Assembly (NCBI RefSeq): GCF_013315695.1
Contig: NZ_CP054353.1
DNA: 64,000 nucleotides
Strand: one strand, 5' to 3'
From: Escherichia coli
GTDB lineage: Bacteria; Pseudomonadota; Gammaproteobacteria; Enterobacterales; Enterobacteriaceae
Of the stretch, positions 55,435-64,000 are shown piece after piece. The position numbers were made by a program, and so were the translations under genes. The stretch's first letter is position 1. Every line of letters begins with the position of its first letter. The notes beneath the pieces were generated by a model, which saw only the letters and a program-made list of their open reading frames with translations, did no database searches and was not told the origin of the DNA.

Positions 55435-55464
55435 CAAGAAGCCAGCGAAATGGCTGGCTTCTTG
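55435..55464 (-). terminator. Hairpin terminator downstream of tnaB
   Basis: CAAGAAGCCAGC ... GCTGGCTTCTTG perfect 12-bp inverted repeat. Confidence 0.65.
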
Positions 55465-56268
55465 AAGGGATCAGCCAAATTTAGGTAACACGTTAAAGAC
55501 GTTACCGAACCAGCATAAAATTACGGTTATACCAAAGAGAATGACAATCGCCGGAATAAGATTGCCGCCCCAGACCGTGAACATCTGATTGGGAAACTTC
55601 TTGCGAGCTTTGATTGCCAGCACTGCGGGAATAATGACCGCCCAGATGGTGGCGCACAGTCCGGCACCGCCGATCCCGTAAATGAAGCCGTTCGGGAAGA
55701 TCAGATACAACAAAGCAGGTGGCAGGAAGGTTAACAGCACGGTTTTGAAACGCCCGCCGTGGGAGTTATCAATCTTAAACAGATCCGCCAGATAATCGAA
55801 CAATCCCAGCGTGACACCAAAGAACGAACTGGCAACAGCTAAGTTGGAGAACACCAGCAGGCAAAACTCGATAATCCCATGCTGTTTGGTGCCGAGGAAC
55901 GATTTCACCAGCGAATCAACGTTGCCGCCTGAGGAGATTATCGCCTTAAAGCTTTCGCGCGGAATATTCCCCATCGTGCAATAGAGCCAGAAGAGATAAA
56001 TCACCAGCGCCAGCAGCGAACCAAAGACCACGCTTTTGATTAACTTATCTTTGCGTTTGCCATAGCAAATAATCAGGCTGGGAATATTGCCGTGGAAACC
56101 AAATGACGCCAGACACACCGGCAAAGCCATAAAGATATACGGGAAGTAAGACGTTCCCGCAGTGGTGCTGGTGGCATCGCGCAGAATGGAGTAATCGACC
56201 TGGAAGAAGAAAGGGTGATGCTGCCAACTTACTGATTTAGTGTATGATGGTGTTTTTGAGGTGCTCCA

Positions 56269-56544
56269 GTGGCTTCTGTTTCTATCAGCTGTCCCTCCTG
56301 TTCAGCTACTGACGGGGTGGTGCGTAACGGCAAAAGCACCGCCGGACATCAGCGCTATCTCTGCTCTCACTGCCGTAAAACATGGCAACTGCAGTTCACT
56401 TACACCGCTTCTCAACCCGGTACGCACCAGAAAATCATTGATATGGCCATGAATGGCGTTGGATGCCGGGCAACAGCCCGCATTATGGGCGTTGGCCTCA
56501 ACACGATTTTACGTCACTTAAAAAACTCAGGCCGCAGTCGGTAA
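56269..56544 (+). CDS. insA: IS1 InsA (91 aa)
   Basis: [43 protein letters not shown]... Confidence 0.9.
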
Positions 56545-56966
56545 CCTCGCGCATACAGCCGGGCAGTGACGTCATCGTCTGCGCGGAAATGGACGAACAG
56601 TGGGGCTATGTCGGGGCTAAATCGCGCCAGCGCTGGCTGTTTTACGCGTATGACAGGCTCCGGAAGACGGTTGTTGCGCACGTATTCGGTGAACGCACTA
56701 TGGCGACGCTGGGGCGTCTTATGAGCCTGCTGTCACCCTTTGACGTGGTGATATGGATGACGGATGGCTGGCCGCTGTATGAATCCCGCCTGAAGGGAAA
56801 GCTGCACGTAATCAGCAAGCGATATACGCAGCGAATTGAGCGGCATAACCTGAATCTGAGGCAGCACCTGGCACGGCTGGGACGGAAGTCGCTGTCGTTC
56901 TCAAAATCGGTGGAGCTGCATGACAAAGTCATCGGGCATTATCTGAACATAAAACACTATCAATAA
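56463..56966 (+). CDS. insB: IS1 InsB (167 aa; expressed as an InsAB' fusion by -1 frameshifting)
   Basis: Overlaps insA in the -1 frame, canonical IS1 organisation. Confidence 0.85.
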
Positions 56967-57585
56967 GTTGGAGTCATTACCAGAAGAAAGAACCAAACAC
57001 GATCACAAAGGAGATAATCTTCAGCCCGAGGAACAATGAGGTAATACGACTGGCGGCTAACGAGCTTATCCACAATACGCTGGCAACGAAAATGGCTGTG
57101 CAGATCCCGACAATACGCGGATTAGCGTGATAGCCCAAATTCATTGATATTGTTTCACTAATGATCGCACCATTAGCAGAGATATAGGCATAAGTGAGGA
57201 TATAGAGAACGAAGGCAACGGTAATACCGCTGATAATGTTCCAGGTGTTACCGATTAAATCTTTGGTGATGGTGTTAAAACTGGAGCCGACAGGATAATT
57301 TAAATTTGCTTCTAATAACAATAACCCGGAATGAAGCATTGAAAACCAGGCAATGATAAGGATAAAGGCACCCCAGAAAAACCAGGCACCGGCAAGATCA
57401 ACAGGTAAAGCAAACATACCTCCACCAATTACTGTACCTGCTATAACCATAACACCCCAAAATGCAGAGTGCTTTTTTTCAGCTTGATCAGTCATGATGC
57501 CACCTTTAGAGGAAGGCTATTTTTGTTATTGAGGATGTAGGGTAAGAGAGTGGCTAACATCCTTATAGCCACTCTGTAGTATTAA

Positions 57586-59001
57586 TTAAACTTCTTTCAG
57601 TTTTGCGGTGAAGTGACGCAATACTTTCGGTTCGTAGGTAAAGGTTAACCCTTTAATATTCGCCGCGTTCTCTTTCACATGTTTGAAGGCTTCAATAATG
57701 AAGTCCATATGTGTTTGAGTATATGTTGCGCGCGGAATGGTTAAACGCAGCAGTTCAGCCGGGCATGGCAGTTGTTTACCGGTTTTCGGATCGCGGCCTA
57801 ACAGGAAAGAGCCAATTTCTACCGCACGGATACCGGCGACTTTATACAGCTCGCAGGCCAGCGCCTGTGCCGGGAACTGATCTGCCGGGATATGCGGCAG
57901 CAGTTTACCGGCATCAACGAATGCCGCGTGACCGCCCGCCTGCTGGCAGACAACGCCAATCTCTTCCAGACCATCGACCAGATACTGCACCTGCGCGATA
58001 CGATAAGCCAGCCAGTCCAGATTCATGCCGTCATACAGACCTACCGCCAGACGCTCCATCGCGCCGCCTTCCAGGCCGCCATATGTCGGGAAGCCTTCCT
58101 GTACCACGCAAAGGGTTCTGCACTCGGTGTACACATCAAAGAAGCTGTCGTCTTTCACGCACAGCAGGCCGCCCATCGGCACCATTGCATCTTTCTTGGC
58201 GGACATCGCCAGCATATCGGCATATTTGTAGGTTTCGCGGGTGATCTGCTCGATGGTCCAGTCTTTGTATTCTGCTTCACGCTGCTTGATGAAATAGGCG
58301 TTTTCGGCAAAGCGTGCGGAGTCCATGACCACCGGAATATCGTATTTCTTCGCGATGCTGTACATCGCTTTTAAGTTTGCCAGTGAAACCGGCTGACCAC
58401 CTGCGGAGTTACTGGTGATGGTTGCAACGATATACGGCACGTTATTCGGGCCAACTTCTTCAATACCGCGTTCTAATCCCTCAAGGTCAAAGTTGCCTTT
58501 AAAGTCGTAACGCACGCCAGTATCGAAGGCTTCTTTGATATAGACGTTACGCACGGTACAGCCGTTAATCTGGCTATGGCCCTGCGTGGTATCAAAGAAA
58601 TAGTTAGAGAACGCCACCATTTTGCTGCGATCCAGGCCTTTTTCCTGCTCGCGTTTTTTAATCAGTACCGGAATATAGATTTGTTCTGCGCCACGGCCCT
58701 GGTGAGTCGGAATGGTGTATTGATAACCAAAGATATTTTTCACTGACTCGGCTAACGCATAGTAGCTGCGGCTGCCGCTGTAGGCTTCGTCGCCGCGCAT
58801 CATCGCGGCCTGCATGCTCTGCGTCACCGCCCCGGTGCCGCTGTCGGTCAGTAAATCGATAAACACATCTTCGCTATCCAGCAGGAACGGGTTCATGCCG
58901 GATTTAATAATTGCCTCTTCACGGTAAGCGCGAGTCGTACGTTTTACTGGCTCAATAACACGAATGCGGAATGGTTCAGGGAGATGTTTAAAGTTTTCCA
59001 T
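57586..59001 (-). CDS. tnaA: Tryptophanase (471 aa from [11 protein letters not shown]...), intact
   Basis: Translation matches TnaA as I remember it; ORF-track start at 59016 is 5 codons upstream. Confidence 0.95.
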   Translation of the reverse strand: MENFKHLPEPFRIRVIEPVKRTTRAYREEAIIKSGMNPFLLDSEDVFIDLLTDSGTGAVTQSMQAAMMRGDEAYSGSRSYYALAESVKNIFGYQYTIPTHQGRGAEQIYIPVLIKKREQEKGLDRSKMVAFSNYFFDTTQGHSQINGCTVRNVYIKEAFDTGVRYDFKGNFDLEGLERGIEEVGPNNVPYIVATITSNSAGGQPVSLANLKAMYSIAKKYDIPVVMDSARFAENAYFIKQREAEYKDWTIEQITRETYKYADMLAMSAKKDAMVPMGGLLCVKDDSFFDVYTECRTLCVVQEGFPTYGGLEGGAMERLAVGLYDGMNLDWLAYRIAQVQYLVDGLEEIGVVCQQAGGHAAFVDAGKLLPHIPADQFPAQALACELYKVAGIRAVEIGSFLLGRDPKTGKQLPCPAELLRLTIPRATYTQTHMDFIIEAFKHVKENAANIKGLTFTYEPKVLRHFTAKLKEV

Positions 59002-59221
59002 TACATAATCCTTCATTTATTTTAATTACAGTGATCCCTGTGAATATTACATCTGCAATATCCATTAATTCGCCAGATATATATGCAAGCACCATCATTT
59101 ACTAAAACAAGTAAATAAATGAGAGATGAGCTTTGCAAAAGGCAAAATTAAGATATAGCAAACAAATAGATCACATTGAATCTAATCGGTTTGGCTCTGG
59201 TGATGGCTACAGAAGGGCAAA

Positions 59222-59296
59222 TCAAGGGCGGTGATCGACAATCTTGTTGTCAATATTGAACCATTTTGAGGTCACACATATATGTAAGATATTCAT
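59222..59296 (-). CDS. tnaC: tna operon leader peptide TnaC (24 aa)
   Basis: Reverse strand encodes MNILHICVTSKWFNIDNKIVDHRP followed by stop, identical to K-12 TnaC as I remember it. Confidence 0.9.
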   Translation of the reverse strand: MNILHICVTSKWFNIDNKIVDHRP

Positions 59297-59371
59297 AATG
59301 CACTTATCCTCGAAAGACACGAGGCTACAGTATAATACTCAAGAAATTTGTCTATTCTGAAATTGATTAAA

Positions 59372-59387
59372 TGTGAATCGAATCACA
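59372..59387 (-). promoter_or_regulatory. CRP binding site of the tna promoter
   Basis: TGTGAATCGAATCACA, perfect TGTGA-N6-TCACA, about 75 bp upstream of tnaC. Confidence 0.75.
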
Positions 59388-59537
59388 ATCGTTCGGGGAG
59401 CAATATTAAATGCTTTTTTTAAGATTATAAATTACGTAAGAATTTTAATGTTTAAAAAAAGGGTTGAGGCATAACAGGAGTGCTAACAATGAAGCGAAGC
59501 CGCATCTGACAGTCAGAATACGGCTTCGTAAGCGCAG

Positions 59538-60902
59538 TTACTTACCAATACAGAAGCTGGAGAAAATCCGCCCAAGCAGGTCGTCTGAAGTAAACTCCCC
59601 GGTGATTTCGCTTAAGTTCTGCTGCGCCAGGCGCAACTCTTCCGCCAGCAGTTCACCCGCCCAGGCACCCAACAGTTGCGCTTTACCTTGCTGCAAATGC
59701 TCTGCCGCCTGTTCCAGCGCCTGTAGGTGACGACGACGCGCCAGGAAGCCGCCTTCCATATTGGTGTCAAAGCCCATGCTCTGTTTGAGATGGTTACGCA
59801 GCACATCCACGCCTTCGCCAGTCCGCGCCGAAAGACGAATTAACGCATGACCGTTCACTTCGCTCATCCCCAACGTTTCGCCGGTGATATCGGCTTTATT
59901 GCGCACCACGGTGATCGGCAGTTTCGCTGGCAGACGGGCGATAAATTCCGGCCAGATCTCTGCCGGATCAACGGCGTCTGTCGTGGTGCCATCGACCATA
60001 AACAGCACGCGGTCGGCCTGTTCAATTTCCTGCCACGCGCGCTCGATACCAATACGTTCCACTTCGTCACTGGCTTCACGTAGCCCGGCGGTATCGATGA
60101 TATGCAGCGGCATTCCGTCAATGTGGATATGCTCACGCAGCACGTCACGCGTGGTTCCGGCGATATCGGTTACGATTGCCGCTTCACGGCCCGCCAGCGC
60201 GTTTAACAGGCTCGATTTACCGGCGTTAGGACGTCCGGCAATCACCACTTTCATCCCTTCGCGCAACAAACTACCCTGACGTGCTTCAGCACGCACTGCA
60301 TCAAGATCGGCAATAACGTCATTGAGCTGGGCTTCAATTTTGCCGTCGGAGAGGAAATCGATCTCTTCATCCGGGAAATCAATTGCCGCTTCGACGTAAA
60401 TGCGCAAGTGGGTGAGGGCTTCCACCAGATGGTTGACCCGTGCGGAGAATGCGCCTTGCAGCGAGTTTAGCGCCGAACGGGCCGCCTGTTCCGAGCTGGC
60501 GTCGATAAGATCCGCAATCGCCTCGGCCTGGGCTAAGTCGAGTTTATCGTTCAGAAATGCGCGTTCGGAAAACTCACCAGGGCGGGCAATCCGCAGGCCG
60601 GGAATGGTCAGAATGCGTTTTAACAGCAGGTCGAGGATCACCGGACCGCCATGACCTTGCAGTTCCAGCACATCTTCGCCGGTGAACGAGTTCGGGCCAG
60701 GGAACCATAGCGCAATCCCCTGATCGAGCACGCTGCCGTCGGCGTCTTTAAACGGAAGATAATCGGCGTAGCGCGGCTTTGGCAGTTTACCCAGCACGGT
60801 TTCGGCAACCTCACGGGCTTTGAGGCCGGAGATGCGCAGGATGCCAACGCCGCCACGTCCCGGAGGCGTGGCCTGGGCTACGATAGTGTCATTATCGCTC
60901 AT
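59538..60902 (-). CDS. mnmE: tRNA modification GTPase MnmE (454 aa)
   Basis: G-domain motifs [14 protein letters not shown]-terminal CIGK. Confidence 0.95.
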
Positions 60903-61007
60903 GATGTTCCTGTTGCTTTGTGTGGCGGATACGCGGTGCTTATCCGCCCTACGAAAAGAAAAAAGGCGGTCAACTGACCGCCCTTATTTTAGCGAAAACT
61001 CACCGAA

Positions 61008-62654
61008 TCAGGATTTTTTCTTCTCGCGGCTATGCAGGCCACGTTTTTCCAGACCACGGTAAATCAGCTGCTGCTGAATAATGGTTACCAGGTTGCTGAC
61101 GATATAGTACAGCACCAGACCTGACGGGAACCACAGGAAGAACACGGTGAAGATGACCGGCATAAAGGTCATGATCTTCTGCTGCATCGGGTCGGTCACG
61201 GTGGTCGGCGACATCTTCTGAATGAAGAACATCGTTACGCCCATCAGGATCGGCAGGATGTAGTACGGGTCCTGTGCAGACAGGTCGTGGATCCACAGTG
61301 CAAACGGTGCCTGACGCAGTTCAACGGAACCCATCAGCATGTAGTACAACGCCAGGAAGATTGGCATCTGGATCAGCAGCGGGAAGCAGCCGCCCAGCGG
61401 GTTAACCTTCTCAGCTTTGTACAGCGCCATCATTTCCTGACTGATACGCTGTTTGTCATCGCCCAGACGCTCACGCATTGCCTGAATCTTCGGCTGCAGC
61501 ATACGCATCTTCGCCATGGAGGTGTACTGCGCTTTGGTCAGCGGGTACATGATGCCACGAACGATAAAGGTGATGATGATAATGGAGAAGCCCCAGTTAC
61601 CCACAAAGCTATGGATCCATTTCAGCAGTTTGAACAGCGGCTGAGAGATGAACCACAACCAACCGTAATCAACGGTCAGATCCAGGTGCGGAGCAACAGC
61701 TGCCATTTTGTCCTGGATTTCCGGGCCAACCCACAGGGTGCTGTTCATCGCGCCAGTCTGACCTGGCTGAACCAGTACCGGCTGAGATTTATAGCCGATA
61801 GCGGCGATGCCATTACCCAGATTAGCGGTGTAGAAGTTGTTGGTACCGTCGTTATGCGGGATCCACGCCGTCGCGAAATACTGTTGCAGCATCGCCACCC
61901 AACCACCTTTCGAAGAGATGTTCAGGTTTTCGTTATCGGCAATGGTATCGAACTTGTATTTCTCGTACTTCTCGTCAGGCGTGGAGTACGCCGCGCCACG
62001 GAAGGTGTGCAGTGCGAAGTTGCTGCTTCCGGTATCGAGATGCGGTGGCAGAGTGATGGATTGCTTCAACTGACCAAAGGTGGAGATTTCCAGCGGTTTC
62101 TCGCCAGCGTTCTGCACGTTGTAGTTGACGTTGACAGCGTAATCACCACGTTTCAGGACAAACGTTTTGGTAAACGTGTTGCCTGCCGCGTCGGTATACG
62201 TCATCGGCACCTGCAGTTCGTTTTGACCTTCAGCCAGCACATAAGCGTCTTTTTCAACGTTATACAGCGGACGCGGGCCGTTAGCCGGGTTATCCGGGCC
62301 ATCACGACCGGTCAGACCGCTCTGTGCCTGATAAATAAACTGCGGTGAAGTTTCCAGCAGCTGGAACGGCTGGGTAGAGTTCAGCTCTTTCGGGTAAGCA
62401 GGCAGCAGAGCTTGCTCAACATCACCACCACGGGTGTTGATGGTCAGATCAAGCACGTCGGTCTTAACCGAGATCAGTTTCCCCTGGCCACTGGCCGGTA
62501 CGCCCTGGTCGGCGGCGCTACCCGCTGCGGTGGTCGTTGTCTGCGTGGTCTGTTGGGCCTGAGGTTGCGGGTTTTTATCCTGCTCCCAGGCTTGCCAGAT
62601 CATGAAAGACACGAACAGCAAAGCGATGACTAAAAGATTGCGTTGCGAATCCAT
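61008..62654 (-). CDS. yidC: Membrane protein insertase YidC (548 aa)
   Basis: N-terminal TM, large periplasmic domain, conserved C-terminal 5-TM core. Confidence 0.95.
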
Positions 62655-62656
62655 CG

Positions 62657-62914
62657 TTAGTGTTCTCTGGTATCAAATGGTCCGGGCGGGACGGGATCGT
62701 CACCACCAGGGTGTAAAGGGTGGCATTTTAATACGCGTTTCACCGTCAACCAACTGCCTTTTATCACTCCAAACCTGCGCAATGCCTCAATTCCGTAGCT
62801 TGAACAGGTTGGAGTGAAACGACAATGCGGCCCGAGTAGCGGACTAATCAGGCGTTGATAGACCCGAATGAGGGCTATCAGGACCCGCGAGCCAGGCGAC
62901 AGTGGCGGCGCCAT
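62657..62914 (-). CDS. yidD: Membrane protein insertion efficiency factor YidD (85 aa)
   Basis: Conserved small protein between rnpA and yidC. Confidence 0.85.
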
Positions 62915-63237
62915 AATTTTTCCAACGCTTCCGAGAGAGCACGGTTATCGAGGTCGGCAACCCCTTTTTTCGCCACCACCACGAAATCCATAGCCGGGAG
63001 TTCATGTTGGCGCAGACGGAAGCTTTCACGCGTCAGACGTTTAATCCGATTGCGTTCATGGGCGCGTCGAACGTTTTTCTTGGCGACTGTAAGACCGATA
63101 CGGGGATGCCCCAGCGAATTCAGGCGGCCGAGAATGGTAATTTGCGGCGTGCCAGCCCGTTGTGGCTGCTGGAAGACGAATGTGAATTGACTGGGAGTTA
63201 ACAAGCGTAACTCCCTGGGAAATGCGAGCTTAACCAC
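62878..63237 (-). CDS. rnpA: RNase P protein component RnpA (119 aa)
   Basis: Basic 119-aa protein ([29 protein letters not shown]...). Confidence 0.95.
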
Positions 63238-63253
63238 TCAGGGGTTAGCTTTA

Positions 63254-63406
<153 letters not shown>

Positions 63407-63639
63407 CTAAACTTGAATAAATTCAATGGCTTTATTGGATATCCGCCGAAAAATGAAACGATGGACACCGAAGCCATGGGTGATTAAAGAGGCCGGATTG
63501 TAATAATTGTACACTCCGGAGTCAATTCTCTTTCCTTATTTACCGCGCTTTTCCGCACCTTTTCGCGGGGAAAACGTACGGCCTCACACCAGTGAAAACC
63601 AGCATGGCGCGCCGGGTGGAGGATTATACGGGCTGACGG

Positions 63640-64000
63640 GTAAAGCGCAAGGATCGTCCTGGATCTTTATTAGATCGATTAAGCCAATTTTTGTCTATGG
63701 TCATTAAATTTTCCAATATGCGGCGTAAATCGTGCCCGGCCCGCGGCAGGATCGTTTACACTTAGCGAGTTCTGGAAAGTCCTGTGGATAAATCGGGAAA
63801 ATCTGTGAGAAACAGAAGATCTCTTGCGCAGTTTAGGCTATGATCCGCGGTCCCGATCGTTTTGCAGGATCTTGATCGGGCATATAACCGCAGACAGCGG
63901 TTCGTGCGTCACCCTCATGCAGGGTCTTTTCGACGTACGTCAACAATCATGAATGTTTCAGCCTTAGTCATTATCGACTTTTGTTCGAGTGGAGTCCGCC
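63640..64000 (+). promoter_or_regulatory. dnaA promoter region (dnaA CDS begins just beyond the window end)
   Basis: DnaA box TGTGGATAA at 63783-63791 and at least 8 GATC sites in about 240 bp; the window ends with GTTCGAGTGGAGTCCGCC, which I recall as the bases immediately preceding the dnaA GTG start. Confidence 0.75.

Larger units (their letters stand above)
56214..56981 (+). mobile_element. IS1 insertion sequence (768 bp) with 9-bp target-site duplication AGAAGAAAG
   Basis: Ends GGTGATGCTGCCAACTTACTGAT and ATCAATAAGTTGGAGTCATTACC; direct repeat AGAAGAAAG at 56205-56213 and 56982-56990. Confidence 0.95.
55471..57495 (-). pseudogene. tnaB: Tryptophan permease TnaB interrupted by IS1 (5' part 56982-57495, 3' part 55471-56213)
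   Basis: N-terminal 172 codons (MTDQAEKKHSAFWGV...) and C-terminal part (...ALPVCLASFGFHGNIP...) are in one continuous frame once IS1 and one copy of the 9-bp duplication are removed. Confidence 0.9.

Noticed and set aside
56045-56227. 60-aa minus-strand ORF at the tnaB/IS1 junction
   Set aside because: Out-of-frame read across the IS1 left end; the genuine tnaB frame is the adjacent one.
61287-62348. 353-aa plus-strand ORF
   Set aside because: Antisense to yidC; shadow ORF in a GC-rich coding region.

Overview
Escherichia coli / Shigella-type chromosomal segment spanning the replication origin oriC. Gene identities are from my own reading of the ORF translations and memory of E. coli K-12; no database search was run. 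Left ~11 kb: 3' end of the tisAB toxin locus, emrD, yidF-yidG-yidH-yidI, a frameshifted yidJ sulfatase, yidK, yidL, an apparently intact glv PTS / GH4 6-phospho-glucosidase pair, and a yidP regulator truncated by a complete 1426-bp IS4. Immediately right of the IS4 the sequence continues with ravA-viaA-asnA-asnC-mioC-oriC-mnmG-rsmG-atpIBEFHAGDC-glmU-glmS, a four-gene chaperone-usher fimbrial operon (lpf-like), pstSCAB-phoU, then yieH-adeP-chrR-yieE-yidZ-mdtL-tnaB(IS1-disrupted)-tnaA-tnaC-mnmE-yidC-yidD-rnpA-rpmH and the dnaA promoter. The most interesting region is a ~7.4 kb visibly AT-rich island between phoU and yieH, where K-12 has bgl-yieLK-cbrBC: it encodes three large Cys-rich repeat proteins, two of them paralogues with conserved 5' and 3' non-coding elements, and the first is interrupted by a frameshift inside an A9 tract. 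The IS4 junction has no target-site duplication and joins two blocks that are about 60 kb apart and oppositely oriented in K-12, consistent with an IS4-mediated inversion carrying oriC (or an assembly join across an IS4 repeat). No rRNA, tRNA or CRISPR array was recognised.
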